A stretch of DNA of 51,142 nucleotides from a virus (taxonomy: Duplodnaviria; Caudoviricetes), in IMG/VR virus record IMGVR_UViG_3300048599_000771, positions 1 to 51,142 of that record, one strand, 5' to 3'. The position numbers and the translations under genes were made by a program. Below the pieces are notes generated by a model, which saw only the letters and a list, made by a program, of their open reading frames with translations, was not told the origin of the DNA and made no database searches. Of this stretch, positions 36,001-46,517 are shown one piece after another. How positions within the stretch are numbered: position 1 is the stretch's first letter; every line of letters begins with the position of its first letter.

Positions 36001-37621
36001 GCAGCAGGGAGGTCTCACGCCAGAAGAGACGCAGAAGCTGTTCCCCGACCTCAACATCAAGGATGTGCTGGGCGGATACACGTCCATCGCCGACTTCCTG
36101 AAGGCCAACGCCGGATCGTTCGAAGGCCTCTCCACCATGTTCAATGAGGCGCTGCCGGATGAGGTCAAGCGCGTGCTGGTGGACCTGGACCTGACCAGCG
36201 CATCTACGGCGTGGGAACAATTCAAGACCGACACGTCATCGCTGACCACGACGCTCTCCGCGACCGTCACCGGCACCGTGCAATTTACGCCCATCGACGC
36301 TCAGGCAGCGACGGACTTTCGCACCGCAAACCCCGTGTCCCTCGACGGCCAGGTCATGAAAGTGGGCATGGTCGAAGGTGCTGAGCAAGCGTTCAAGGAT
36401 AAGTTCAACGCAGGCCTCCTGGCACTCTATGATGAGCACGGCGTCCCGATCCCGGTCACGCCGGAGGCGGTGGCGCAGATCAAGACCACCGACCTGGTGC
36501 TGGGGACCGACGAAAACGGTGTGCTGCACGTGCAGGTGCTGCCCAAGATTGGTTCCCCCGAAGGCGTACAGAACGCCGAGGCGGGCCTGAACTTCGTGCC
36601 CCAGAACTTTCTGCCCGACTGGCTGAAATCCAGCACCTCTGACAAGGTGAACTCCATCACCAGCCTCGTGCAGGGTGTGCAGGATCTTGCCGCAGCTGGC
36701 GAGGAATTCAGCGCCCAGCAGGGCAAGTCGGTGGTGCTGGAGCAACTTCATAGCCTGAACCCCGCAGAACTTCAGAACATCTCCACCTACATCACCCAGG
36801 CGATGGCGGCGCTCAGCAGCGGCACGCTGGACGCGGATACCGAATCGAAGGTGCAGGAGCAGTTGAACGCGCTGCTCACCGTCGTGCGAACCGCGGACGA
36901 GTACCTGGGTGTCGGCAACGACATCTCTGCCGGCATCGCCAGCGGTCTGACAGCCTACGGCTGGACCGGGGATGCCACCACCGTCGCTACTTCAATAGAA
37001 ACAGCGCTGCGCGTCGCTGCGCAAACCCACTCGCCATCCACTATGACGCGCCCGATTGGCGTCGACCTGTCGGCGGGCGTCGCAGTCGGAATGATGGCTT
37101 ACGGGTTCGGCTCCGCTGCGGGTGTGACAGCTGCGAAGGCTATCTCTGCACTGAAAACCAATCTTTCTTCGAGCACCACAAAGCCCATCGGCCTCTCTGC
37201 CATGAGTGGCCTCGCCCTCGGCATCCTCAGCGGTCGGAACCTTGTCGTAAACGCCATGAAGATCGTGGCGGAATCAGCCGTCCGTGCCGCGAAGGAAAAA
37301 CTCAAGATCCAGTCCCCGTCGAAAGTATTTCGTGACGAGGTCGGCCGGATGATGGTCCGTGGCATCGGCGAGGGTACGATCCTGGAGAGCAAAGCCCAGG
37401 CGAAAATCATCCAGAACGCCGCCCGGTACCTGACCGGCGCGGCACAATCGGGCGTTGGCGGCACTTCTTCCTACGACAACCGTCGCACCTATCATCAGGA
37501 CCAGAGAGTGACCGTTCAGGTTGACAAGCTCTACGTTCGGGACGAAAAGGATGTGCGAAGCCTCGCCATTGAACTGGCGCAGTTCAACAAGACCCAGTAC
37601 GCGGGGATGGGCGTCCGCTAA
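33005..37621 (+). CDS. Tape measure protein (TP901-like)
   Basis: 1538 aa, Ala-rich; IDFEEAFAGVRKT, AEAGGTAFS, IQSPSKVF. Confidence 0.95.
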   Translation: MATPLAETLRDLVVSLSLDSDNFSRNLNSIGKQIQEAESRFKAAGAGVSGFEKSAAGLGANISMLRDKLVLQQKAVEQYRRALDAANGKLTAAVRKNDELKTSLDGARTKYADLKSRIDQTRAAYAASVKATGDNSEESNRLGLELLDLEEQYNATGAEIKKLEGQLGANRKSMQNAADAVTKAETNLNGARAALKETESAIQSTTQRLERARFKWLATGAAMESFGKKAIVAGQALERAGQKLTTFASVPLAGLGVAAAKASIDFEEAFAGVRKTVDATEGEYKRLASDVKTMSTQVTADTTAISAVMANAGQLGIKNAALTPFTRAMIDLGNATNLASEEAATALAQFANVTDMAQDNFGRLGSVIVELGNNMATTERDIVNMATRLASAGTQVGLSESQILGFSAALASVGIEAEAGGTAFSKIMVEMQLAAETGKNGLSDFAKVSGMTASEFQQAWKADAASAIQAFIVGLSKMDESGISAIATLQDMGITEVRLRDTLLRATNANELFGRALGMANDEWKRNTALTKEASTRYATTQSRITILGNKVKLFGQTIGDDLSPTIANMISGADDLLGSLMELDEGQRQALITAAAWVAGIGPGILVLGKLNTAVGTISTGFGKLITTAVEAGGGMKGVLAACGSLLGPVGIAAVAAAALYGAYRWIDYASGAREAREALKGMAETAKAWSEQQAQTVFDTGNDALGRFGLTPDSFGGIEESKDWLTRLNATWTDGKQETSEIVKSYVDEFKSDSDQLRQAIEERQKILKGLDVKDSRSDEVLKQLDSYDKEVQALLKKRRNGKLSEKDQARLQEIVTQRVQIKLEYALGESGGYEQILQGVEAEKARLEAEGGSTSIDLYADAMKAAAQGSAEYNAALEETYASEYKVIAAMQDGAEKQKALDALNEQHNQAKIEGAKKYAEALSQLMEPMLQSEELGGADEKLQKLVGLLSEFQIASSQGGNTSGILTQLDELTKGMDEGELASYLAILTQIQDAVQQGGLTPEETQKLFPDLNIKDVLGGYTSIADFLKANAGSFEGLSTMFNEALPDEVKRVLVDLDLTSASTAWEQFKTDTSSLTTTLSATVTGTVQFTPIDAQAATDFRTANPVSLDGQVMKVGMVEGAEQAFKDKFNAGLLALYDEHGVPIPVTPEAVAQIKTTDLVLGTDENGVLHVQVLPKIGSPEGVQNAEAGLNFVPQNFLPDWLKSSTSDKVNSITSLVQGVQDLAAAGEEFSAQQGKSVVLEQLHSLNPAELQNISTYITQAMAALSSGTLDADTESKVQEQLNALLTVVRTADEYLGVGNDISAGIASGLTAYGWTGDATTVATSIETALRVAAQTHSPSTMTRPIGVDLSAGVAVGMMAYGFGSAAGVTAAKAISALKTNLSSSTTKPIGLSAMSGLALGILSGRNLVVNAMKIVAESAVRAAKEKLKIQSPSKVFRDEVGRMMVRGIGEGTILESKAQAKIIQNAARYLTGAAQSGVGGTSSYDNRRTYHQDQRVTVQVDKLYVRDEKDVRSLAIELAQFNKTQYAGMGVR

Positions 37622-37639
37622 ACGCAAAGCGAGGTGATT

Positions 37640-38341
37640 ATGATGGCCGACTGGTTCGCCTGGAATGGTGCGAAGTGTACGGACTACGGTGTTCATGTGC
37701 TGACTCACCCGGCCATCTCCCGGCCCAAGGAGCGGGCGACCACGCAGGCAGTGCCAGGGCGAAGCGGCACGCTGACGATTACGGAGGGCGACTGCGTGTA
37801 CGACGAGTTCATCGCCGCCTGCGAGTGCATCGCTCCGAACCCGGCGTCGATCCCCGCGTTCTCTGCCTGGCTTCATGGCCCTGGTGTCGTGATGTTCGGA
37901 AACCGTCCCACCGGCTACTACCACGCCCGCGTCAATAACCAGATCGATTTCGAGACGGTGGTGCGGGGTCGGCCCAACCGCAAGTTCACCGTCAACTTCA
38001 GGTGCCAGCCGTTCTTCTTCCTTTTAAATAGCCCTGACATCGTGCTGACCGCACCCGGTCCGGTCGTGAATATGGGCACCGTGTTCGCGGAACCCATCAT
38101 CGCGGTGGAGGGTGCCGGCGACATCGATCTGACAGTCGGCGAGGTGACACTGGGGATCGCTGCGCTCGCGTCCGCGATCACCATCGATGTGCCGCAACGG
38201 CTGGCATACAACGAAGGCATCAACCTGACCGGTTCACTGACCGGGGACGAGTGGCCGACGCTGCCGGTGGGCTCAACAGCCGTATCTTGGACAGGGAATG
38301 TCACCCGCGTCACCATCACCCCCAACTGGAGGGCGCTCTGA
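37640..38341 (+). CDS. Distal tail protein (Dit)
   Basis: VPGRSGTL, FRCQPFF; follows the tape measure gene. Confidence 0.8.
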   Translation: MMADWFAWNGAKCTDYGVHVLTHPAISRPKERATTQAVPGRSGTLTITEGDCVYDEFIAACECIAPNPASIPAFSAWLHGPGVVMFGNRPTGYYHARVNNQIDFETVVRGRPNRKFTVNFRCQPFFFLLNSPDIVLTAPGPVVNMGTVFAEPIIAVEGAGDIDLTVGEVTLGIAALASAITIDVPQRLAYNEGINLTGSLTGDEWPTLPVGSTAVSWTGNVTRVTITPNWRAL

Positions 38342-40791
38342 TGGGCGAGGTGTACATCTATTCCCCTGATGCCGAGGACTTCGATACCATGGGCCTCTGC
38401 GGAGCGCTCTCCGCAACATCCTGCGTGCACACCGAGGCCAAGAACGACCTCTCGGAGATCCGACTGGAACACCCCATCGACGAGAATGGGCGTTGGAAGT
38501 TTCTCCAGAATGACTACATCCTGAAATGCGATGTTCCAGTCCGCACCGTGCCGCCCATCACGCCTTTGGGCACGCTGGTCACCGCGCACGAGGTCTGGAC
38601 CATCAAGACCGGCACCACGAAAACCCAACGGAACCTGTACTATCACGCCACCGGTGACAAGGTCCGAAAGAAGAACCTGCCAGTGGGCATGACGCTGCCC
38701 ATCATCTTCAAGGGTGAGAATCGCTACAAGGGGATCTTCACCGGAAAGAAGAAAGTCAAGCGCCACGGCAAGTGGGTGTGGAAGAGCTACACCTATTACG
38801 GCTGGGTCGCGAAGTCCGTCATTCAGTACACGCTGACCGAGGACTGGCCAAACGACCCCGCCGCCATTGAGACCGTCGCGCCCGCCTGGATCGTGGCCGA
38901 CCAATTGTTCCGCATCTACAAGGTGGAGCTTCGGGACGATGGCGTAACGGCCTACGCCCGGCACATCTTCTACGACCTCTTGAACAACCTCACATCCTAC
39001 CCAGCCGGACAGACCTCCTGCGTGGACGCGGTGGACGGCATTTTAGATGGCTGTTTAGTACCTACGCAATTTTCGGGCTTCACCGACATCGGCGGCGAGC
39101 GTGTGATCGACGGCTGGACGCGGGTCAACCCCGTCAGCGCGCTGCTCGACCCCGAGGCCGGTGCCGTGACGCTCTGGGGCGCGGAAATGGTACGCGACAA
39201 CTACGATTTCTTCCTGCTCCGGGAAGCAGGGCTCAACCGCGGGGTGCGAATCGAGTACGCCAAGAACCTGCTGGGCGTCTCCTGCGAGGTGGACGCCTCC
39301 GATGTGGTAACCCAGATCGTACCTGTGGGCAAGGACAAGGGCGGCAAGGACCTTTTGCTTACGGCGGGCAGCTACAACGTGGACGGCACGGTGTACACGA
39401 TCGGCGCCGACCAGACCTGGATCGACAGCCCCCGTGCCAACCAGTATCCGACACCCCATGTACAGGCGCTAGAGTGCTCAGGAGAATGCAAGGAAACAAA
39501 GACGGTCTCGAAGACCGCCGTGCGCATCCGGATGATCCGGGAGGCGCTGGCTGCGCTGGCGAATGATGCGGACCTGCCCAAGGTATCCCTGAAGGTGGAA
39601 TTCCTCTCCTTGGGCGATACGGAGGAATATGCCCAATACCGCAGCCTGGAGGACGTGTTTCTCTACGACCGGGTTCGGGTGAAGCACCCCGGCATCCAGC
39701 TTGACGTCCTGACCGAAGTCAACCGGGTCGAATTCGACTGCCTGGGCGAAAAGTTCCGGTCCATCGAGCTGGGCTCCGTCCGACAGGACATGCGGAAAAC
39801 TGCCGTCGCCTCCTGGCAGCTTCCCTCCACGATCTCCGGCCGGAGAATCGCCATGGAAAGCATATCGGCTGCTCAGCTGGAGCCGGAGTCGGTGGAGGAA
39901 ATCGACCTGTCCTTAAACGGAAGCGTGCTCGGCGTCGCGGAGCAGACCGTGGGGCTTTCGGTGATGATCGAGGCTTCCCGTGGAACCGTGCTGACCAGTG
40001 ATGTTCCTGAGACGGTGTTGACCGCCCGCGTTGTGCGCGGCGCCACAGACCTGACCGCGAACTATGATACATCAGCCTTTTCCTGGGCGCGGACAAGCCT
40101 GGACGTGGATGGCGACACCGCTTGGAACGCAGCGCACCAGGGCGTGAAATCCGTAGCCGTCCTGAAAGCAGATCTGTTCCGACAGGCCGCCTTCACCTGT
40201 ACCGTGGCGGGGTTGAGCAACACCGGCCGGATCACCATCGTGGCACCAATTGATACGGTCCGGCAGGCCGACCCGCCGGAGAACCCCACGGACGGCCTAC
40301 TGTGGCTGAACACCGAGACCTATGTTCTGAAGATCTGGCACGCCGGCTCCGGCGGCGATCCGGGCGAATGGGAGGTCGTCGCCGATTATGCCGGCGCGGC
40401 TTCCATGATCGATGCGCTGATGCAGGGGACCATCCAGAACGACGTCTTTCAGAATGTCATGGTGAATGCCGGGGTGCTGGGTGATCTGGCCAGTCAAGAG
40501 AAGCAGGACCTGATGGACAACTTGGCGAAGTCGATGGATTTCGGCGAGAATGGTCTGACCATCACCAGCCTGAACGGGAAGTCCGCGGCGCGGCTTGGAA
40601 CCCAGCAGCTTGAATTCCTCGCAGGGCTGGGCGCGGACGCGGTCGTGGCGGCGGTGTTTGGCCTGCTCCAGACGGTCACGGCGCCGTACCTTCAGGTGGG
40701 CAAGTCCGCCCAATCGCCGCGGATGCGCTTGGGTGAGGCGATCTTCGAGTATCAGGCGGCGTCAGGGAATTTGACTTGCAGAAGGGCGTGA
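38341..40791 (+). CDS. Tail tip/Tal (prophage tail endopeptidase-like) protein
   Basis: QLFRIYKV...ARHIFYDL, RIEYAKNLLG, LYDRVRV. Confidence 0.8.
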   Translation: MGEVYIYSPDAEDFDTMGLCGALSATSCVHTEAKNDLSEIRLEHPIDENGRWKFLQNDYILKCDVPVRTVPPITPLGTLVTAHEVWTIKTGTTKTQRNLYYHATGDKVRKKNLPVGMTLPIIFKGENRYKGIFTGKKKVKRHGKWVWKSYTYYGWVAKSVIQYTLTEDWPNDPAAIETVAPAWIVADQLFRIYKVELRDDGVTAYARHIFYDLLNNLTSYPAGQTSCVDAVDGILDGCLVPTQFSGFTDIGGERVIDGWTRVNPVSALLDPEAGAVTLWGAEMVRDNYDFFLLREAGLNRGVRIEYAKNLLGVSCEVDASDVVTQIVPVGKDKGGKDLLLTAGSYNVDGTVYTIGADQTWIDSPRANQYPTPHVQALECSGECKETKTVSKTAVRIRMIREALAALANDADLPKVSLKVEFLSLGDTEEYAQYRSLEDVFLYDRVRVKHPGIQLDVLTEVNRVEFDCLGEKFRSIELGSVRQDMRKTAVASWQLPSTISGRRIAMESISAAQLEPESVEEIDLSLNGSVLGVAEQTVGLSVMIEASRGTVLTSDVPETVLTARVVRGATDLTANYDTSAFSWARTSLDVDGDTAWNAAHQGVKSVAVLKADLFRQAAFTCTVAGLSNTGRITIVAPIDTVRQADPPENPTDGLLWLNTETYVLKIWHAGSGGDPGEWEVVADYAGAASMIDALMQGTIQNDVFQNVMVNAGVLGDLASQEKQDLMDNLAKSMDFGENGLTITSLNGKSAARLGTQQLEFLAGLGADAVVAAVFGLLQTVTAPYLQVGKSAQSPRMRLGEAIFEYQAASGNLTCRRA

Positions 40792-40795
40792 TGGG

Positions 40796-42909
40796 ATGCC
40801 GACGGTAACGTTTCTAAATACAACCGGAACGAAGTGGGGTACTTCCGGGTACACGAACGGGGCTAGCCCATTCACGCTGGGCCGGACGGCCGACTATACC
40901 TGCAAGGGCCGTGTGGGCTGGGGGCCGCTCGATCCGACTTGGTATATCAAGTCGATCAAGCTGTACATGAACCGGACCGACACATGGGCCGGGAAGACGC
41001 TCAAGCTGGGCGCAAACCAAAGCGGTGAATATGCGGACCGCGGGATCGTGGATTGGTCGCAGAACATCTATGCGTCAACCGGGACCGGCGCGAAGTCCTG
41101 GGACCTGACGGCGTTCAAGGCGATCCTCCAGGGGTATCCGGGAACGTGGTACCTGCATTTCGATCATGGCTCCGGCGACTCGTCCTACTGCGAGTGGACG
41201 GCCGGCTCCGGCAGCAGCGCGCCGCGCCTGGTTGTTGAGTACGAGGAGGCGACGCTGTCCGTTCCGGGCGGTGCGTTCACCATCGGCACGGCATCCACGA
41301 TCACGGTCGGCACGGCTGGCAACGGGCTGACGCACAAGGTGTCGTATGCCATCGGCGCGTCGAGCGGCGCGCTGAACGGCGGGGCCGCGGTCAATGCGGG
41401 CGGCACGATCACTTGGACGCCGGCCACGACGCTGGCAAATGAGATCCGGGACGGCATGGTTGGGACGGTCACGCTGACGCTGGAGTCGTACCTGAATGGA
41501 GTCCTTTCCTCGTCGATCCAGCTCGAATATCCGCTGAACGTGCCGGCGTCCTATGTGCCGGCGATCAACAGCGCGAGCACGACGTTCTCCCTCTCGAACC
41601 CGTCCGGCGACAGCATCGGCGTCTATGTGCAGGGGCGGAGCAAGACGGTTTGCGCCATTAACGTGACGCTAAGTTACGGCGCGCCCATCGTGGAGTACAA
41701 ACTGACCATCGGTGGTAAGACGTACACGGTGCCGGCCGGCAGTACGCCGGTGAACCCGTTCTCGATCACGACGGACGCGCTGACGGCGACCGGCGCGCTG
41801 ACGGCGGTCATCGAAGTCACGGACTCCCGCGGCCAGAAGGCGACGCTGACGCGGTCTGCGGCGGTCACGGTGAACTCCTACTTCGCGCCGATGGTACCGG
41901 CTTCTCGCTCGCCCGCGCGAACTCCGACCAGTCGCTGTCCAACGACGGCACCTACATCAAGTTCACGCTGACCTGCGTCTTTGCCGCGATTGCGAACAAG
42001 AACACGAAGGCCGGCTCGATCAAGTTCAAGGCGGCGGGCGGCTCGTATTCTGCGTCGGTCCCTCTGGATTCGGCGATGGCTGCGGCCGGCTCTACGGTCT
42101 ACTCGTTCACGATCACCGGCGTGATCGGCAGCGGCACCATCGGCGTCGGCGGCTATACGGTTTCCGCTACGCTGGTGGACAGGTACACCACGGCGCCGGA
42201 AGCGCTCGCGGACCTGCCGAGTAAAAAGATCTGGTTCGACCTGCATTCCTCCGGCGAGGGCGTCGCCATCGGCAAGGTGGCGGGGACCGCGAGCCTATTC
42301 GATGTGGGCATTCCGTCAACTTTCCAAAAGGCCGCAACGTTTGCGGCGGGTGTAACGTTTGCGGGTGTGACGTTCGGGACGCCGGTGCCGGCTGCGCCGC
42401 CCATGCTGGGGTTTGGCGGTGTGCGGTTGACCTGCCACATCGACGCGACGAAGATGGGAACGACGACGACGAACTACGTCTCGTATTATGACGTCGCGGT
42501 GAACACGCCGGCGCTGTTCACGCCTTGGAAAATCAGCGGCCAGACCTACTATAACGGCGTGCAGGTGCTGGTTGCGGGCTGGTACATTTTCAATGGCCGG
42601 GCTACGTTCGGGGGCGTGACGGCCGTGGGGCATGGCCGGCTCAACATCGTAGCAATGGACGCCAGCAATGCGGCGTTGCTTACGGCCGCGCTCACGGGCA
42701 GCGCGAACTCACTCCCGTCCGCGATCCTGGATGCGGCGATTGATGCCTATTCCGCCACGAGCGACTATGAGACCGGCGCGTCCTTGATGTGCAAGGCGAC
42801 GAAGGTGTTCTATCTGCCCGCAAACGCAATCGTGGCGACGTATCTCAACGCACAGACCGCGAACCTGACGCGGGATGATGGGTTCTTCGAATTGTGCAGG
42901 GTCGGGTGA
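40796..42909 (+). pseudogene. Siphovirus minor tail/fibre protein (DUF859-like) split by a -1 frameshift near 41895
   Basis: YFAPMV continues as TGFSLARANSDQSLSNDGTYIK in the frame of ORF 42076-42909. Confidence 0.7.
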
Positions 42910-42977
42910 TCTACGGCAAGCGTCCTTATCATGTACTCTGCTGCCCGCTGGATGCCTTAAATAAGAATGAATCAGTC

Positions 42978-43006
42978 TTGACCTTATGCCCAGCATATAT
43001 TAGAAT
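42978..43006 (+). promoter_or_regulatory. Moron promoter
   Basis: TTGACC-17-TAGAAT. Confidence 0.7.
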
Positions 43007-43052
43007 GCAATTATGGATAGGTCAAGCGTTTATCAAGTATGGAGAGAGTATA

Positions 43053-44486
43053 ATGAAAGTTCTGAATTTACTTTTTCGCTGTGTGTTGTGCGCGCTGCTA
43101 GTTATTTCCCTACCCACCTATTCATCGACAGTTTACGCCGACGATAACGCCAGCAGCCCTGCACAGACTACCAGCGGAGACTATGATTATACCCTTAACG
43201 AGGATGGCGCAGCGACCATCGTCAATTATCATGGACCGGCATCTCAAATTATGGTTGCCTCGTCGCTGGATGGTTCAGCGTCCATCGTCACTTCTGATGG
43301 ATCGGCATCCAAACTCACGATTCCATCGTCGCTTGATGGGCATCCAGTAACGGGAATCAGAGGCCTTGCCTTCGCCTCCTGTTTAGGCTTGGTCTCAATC
43401 ACCATTCCGGATTGTGTAACATTTATTGAAGCGGGAGCTTTTAGGAATAACCCCCAACTGGGCGAGATCATCGTTTCAAAGGATAACCTCGTATACGAGG
43501 CCGTCGACGGCGTATTGTTTGATAAAACCACCAATACGCTACATACTTATCCTTGCGGAAAACGTATGGAGTCCTTTGATATACCGGCTGGCACCACTGC
43601 ACTCGGGGATTATTCCTTCTATCACATCCATGGACTAATCACCGCCACAATTCCGGATAGCGTGATTTCCATTGGTGAGTGTCCTTTTACGGGGTGCTCA
43701 AAGCTCAGTACCATTGCAGTATCAGAAAACAGCCACTCTTTCACTATGGTCGATGGCGTGCTGTTCGACAAAGCAACAAAAACACTTGTTGCATACCCTT
43801 GCGGAAAAAACGCAACATCTTACGAGATTCCACTTGGTACGACAACCGTTGGAGACAATGCATTCTCATCTTGTATCCATCTCGCGAATGTCACCATCCC
43901 GAACAGTGTGACCTCGATTGGGCGCGCTGCCTTCAGTTCCTGTGAAAACTTGACTTCTATCGTTCTGCCGGATAGCATAACATCCATAGCCAGTCACGCA
44001 TTCGATTTCTGCACTAGTTTGACCGCTTCCGTCATTCCCAGTGGCGTTGAATCCATTGGGGCAGGAGTATATTTCGGTTGCTCAAGCCTCGGGGCTATAT
44101 CTGTTTCAGATAATAATCCCATCTATACCGGTGTTGACGGCGTGCTCTTCGACAAAGCAACAAATACACTGCACACCTATCCTTGTGGGAAGAGCACTAC
44201 ATCTTACAACATACCGAACGGCACCGCGGCTATAGGGGATTTTGCATTTACTTTCTGCGACGGCCTGACCTCCATTACCATCCCGGACGGTGTTATATCC
44301 ATTGGGGAGCATACTTTCTCCGCCTGTGATAATCTGGTTTCCGTCTCAGTTCCGGACAGCGTGAACTCGATCGGCTTTGGCTCATTTGAAGGTAATAAAA
44401 ACCTGACCTTGAATGTGGTCTCCAATTCCTACGCAGACACTTATGCAACAGAAAACGCCTTAAGGTATGTAGAAGTATTATCGTAA
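43053..44486 (+). CDS. Secreted BspA-type (LRR_5) leucine-rich repeat protein, moron
   Basis: Signal-peptide-like N terminus; TIPDSVxSIGxxAFxxC repeats; three DGVLFDK...YPCGK inserts; lower GC than flanks. Confidence 0.88.
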   Translation: MKVLNLLFRCVLCALLVISLPTYSSTVYADDNASSPAQTTSGDYDYTLNEDGAATIVNYHGPASQIMVASSLDGSASIVTSDGSASKLTIPSSLDGHPVTGIRGLAFASCLGLVSITIPDCVTFIEAGAFRNNPQLGEIIVSKDNLVYEAVDGVLFDKTTNTLHTYPCGKRMESFDIPAGTTALGDYSFYHIHGLITATIPDSVISIGECPFTGCSKLSTIAVSENSHSFTMVDGVLFDKATKTLVAYPCGKNATSYEIPLGTTTVGDNAFSSCIHLANVTIPNSVTSIGRAAFSSCENLTSIVLPDSITSIASHAFDFCTSLTASVIPSGVESIGAGVYFGCSSLGAISVSDNNPIYTGVDGVLFDKATNTLHTYPCGKSTTSYNIPNGTAAIGDFAFTFCDGLTSITIPDGVISIGEHTFSACDNLVSVSVPDSVNSIGFGSFEGNKNLTLNVVSNSYADTYATENALRYVEVLS

Positions 44487-44658
44487 GGATGCGAAGTGTC
44501 CCTGAAAGGCCATCTAGCAACTTGTTAATAGGATCTGATTAGATTATGGGTAGCACAAAGGTGTTACCCATTAATTGTAATAGCTTCTATTATGGATCAC
44601 ATGCATGGGAAAAAATGGAAGCGCAAGGTGGCGCTTTAATTTATTATGGAGGTTCTAC

Positions 44659-45549
44659 ATGAGCTATTCGGATGTCGCAAAGGCCGCACGAGATTGGGCG
44701 GTCACCAAGGTGGGCTGCCGGTACAGTCAGGCGAAACGCACGCAGGAGAACATCTTCGATTGCTCCTCCTTCGTCGCTCGCGCCTACAGCGCCCAGGGCA
44801 AGGCGTGGAAGTACGGTGGTCGGGTACCACTATCCTGCTACGAGGTGTACGATGATGATTTCGAACTGCTCTGGCCGGAGAGCTATGCCGCCATTGGAAA
44901 GAAGTTTGGCGGCTCATCTGTGATCGCCAAGGCGACGCAGCCGGGTGATCTGCAATTCCTCTGCACCGAGAAGAACAGCAGTCGGGCGAACAAGATCACG
45001 CATGTCACGATGGTGGCGTCCGCCTCCAAGATCGTGCACGCGAGGGGCACCGCCTACGGCGTCCGAACGGACTCCATCACCCACTACGCTGGCAAGGTCT
45101 GCGCCGTAGTTCGGTATAACCCGTCTTGTGACCTGGTGCTGGGTCACAGGGGCTACCGTACGGCCGCGATGCAGAAGGCGCTGAACGAGCATGGCGCCGA
45201 CCTTAATGGCGACGGTGAGTTCGGCGTGAAGACGCTGGCGGCGCTCAAGGCGTTCCAGCAGAAGGCAGGGCTGCCGGTCACCGGCCGGGGCGACGCCGTC
45301 ACGCTCGCCGCGCTGGGGCTGACGACCGCAGCGGAACCGCCCGCCGATCCAGCGCCTACTACGGGCATCCGCGTCACGGGAGGCTCCGTCAACCTCCGCA
45401 CCGGGCCCGGCACTACTTATGACGCGGTAAAGGCTGTCGCCAGGAGCACGATACTGACACCGGTGGAAACGGACGGCTGGTCCCCGGTCCTGGTTGGCGG
45501 CGAGGTCCTGTGGATCAGCAAAGAGTACACAGAGGAGGTCAAACCATGA
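44659..45549 (+). CDS. Endolysin (NlpC/P60, peptidoglycan-binding and SH3-like domains)
   Basis: FDCSSFV...QPGDL...ITHV; DGEFGVKTLAALKAFQ; VNLRTGPGT. Confidence 0.88.
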   Translation: MSYSDVAKAARDWAVTKVGCRYSQAKRTQENIFDCSSFVARAYSAQGKAWKYGGRVPLSCYEVYDDDFELLWPESYAAIGKKFGGSSVIAKATQPGDLQFLCTEKNSSRANKITHVTMVASASKIVHARGTAYGVRTDSITHYAGKVCAVVRYNPSCDLVLGHRGYRTAAMQKALNEHGADLNGDGEFGVKTLAALKAFQQKAGLPVTGRGDAVTLAALGLTTAAEPPADPAPTTGIRVTGGSVNLRTGPGTTYDAVKAVARSTILTPVETDGWSPVLVGGEVLWISKEYTEEVKP

Positions 45550-45980
45550 AGGATACTTTCTTTTCTACCCTGACCGCGATTGGCGCGGGCGTGGCTTCGA
45601 CGCTGCTGGGCGGCTGGGACAAGAGCCTGGAGATTCTGCTCATTTTCATCATCATGGACTACATTACCGGCGTCGGTGCGGCATTCAAGACCAAGACGCT
45701 GAAATCCTCTGTGGGCTTCGAGGGCCTGATGAAGAAGGGCGCTATCTTCCTGATCGTCATCCTGGCGGCACAACTCGACCGGATCACCGGCAATGCTGCG
45801 GGCGTTTTTCGCACCTCCACAGCCTTCTTCTTCATCGCAAATGAAGGTCTTTCGGTCGTTGAAAATGTTGGAGAAATGGGTGTCAAATTGCCTGGGTTCA
45901 TCACCGGCGCGCTGACCAAACTGAGAGATGAACAAGACGATCCAAATACCTCGAACGATGAAAACGGTGTCTCAGAATAA
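45546..45980 (+). CDS. Phage holin (holin 4-1 type)
   Basis: LGGWD...MDYITG...GLMKK...FFIANEGLSVVEN. Confidence 0.9.
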   Translation: MKDTFFSTLTAIGAGVASTLLGGWDKSLEILLIFIIMDYITGVGAAFKTKTLKSSVGFEGLMKKGAIFLIVILAAQLDRITGNAAGVFRTSTAFFFIANEGLSVVENVGEMGVKLPGFITGALTKLRDEQDDPNTSNDENGVSE

Positions 45981-46001
45981 CCGCAAGAAACAGATACCCA
46001 C

Positions 46002-46033
46002 GTGCCGCAGGCCCACCGCCTGCGGCGCATTTT
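46002..46033 (+). terminator. Late operon terminator
   Basis: GTGCCGCAGGC/GCCTGCGGCGC stem followed by ATTTT. Confidence 0.65.
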
Positions 46034-46118
46034 ACACATAACATGATTACACGAAGCAAGAAGTCAACGCGCAAAGCGACACACCATCCTGGCCTCAGGC
46101 CATATCACGGAGGTGCGT

Positions 46119-46517
46119 ATGACTTCATCCCAAAAGGTACGTCTGCTCGAAATGCGGCAGGCGGGGTTGAGCTTTGCTCAGATTTCTGCCGATCTCGGTA
46201 TCTCAAAGAACACCCTCAAGTCCTTTTGCCGCCGTGCAGACGCCGATAGTGACGCGGCTGCGACTACCGCCTGTGCCCGTTGTGGGCATCCCATAGCAAT
46301 CAAAGGAAAGCGCCGGTTTTGCTCAGACGGCTGCCGCTATGCCTGGAGCTATTCCCACCGCATCCTCAGCGCCCACAATGCGGTCGAGAAGAAGTGTTCG
46401 TGCTGTGGCAAGTGCTTCTTCAGCTATGCGTCCAGCCACCGCAAATACTGCTCCCGCGCCTGCTATATCGCAGACCGCTATGGCAAGGAGGGTTGTCATG
46501 ACGGACATGCGGTATAG
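46119..46517 (+). CDS. HTH plus Zn-finger protein preceding the recombinases
   Basis: MRQAGLSFAQISADLGISKNTLKSFCRR; CxxC...FCSxxC twice. Confidence 0.75.
   Translation: MTSSQKVRLLEMRQAGLSFAQISADLGISKNTLKSFCRRADADSDAAATTACARCGHPIAIKGKRRFCSDGCRYAWSYSHRILSAHNAVEKKCSCCGKCFFSYASSHRKYCSRACYIADRYGKEGCHDGHAV

Noticed and set aside
40796-44600. Diversity-generating retroelement targeting the tail fibre
   Set aside because: No reverse transcriptase ORF and no adenine-specific TR/VR repeat pair seen in the window
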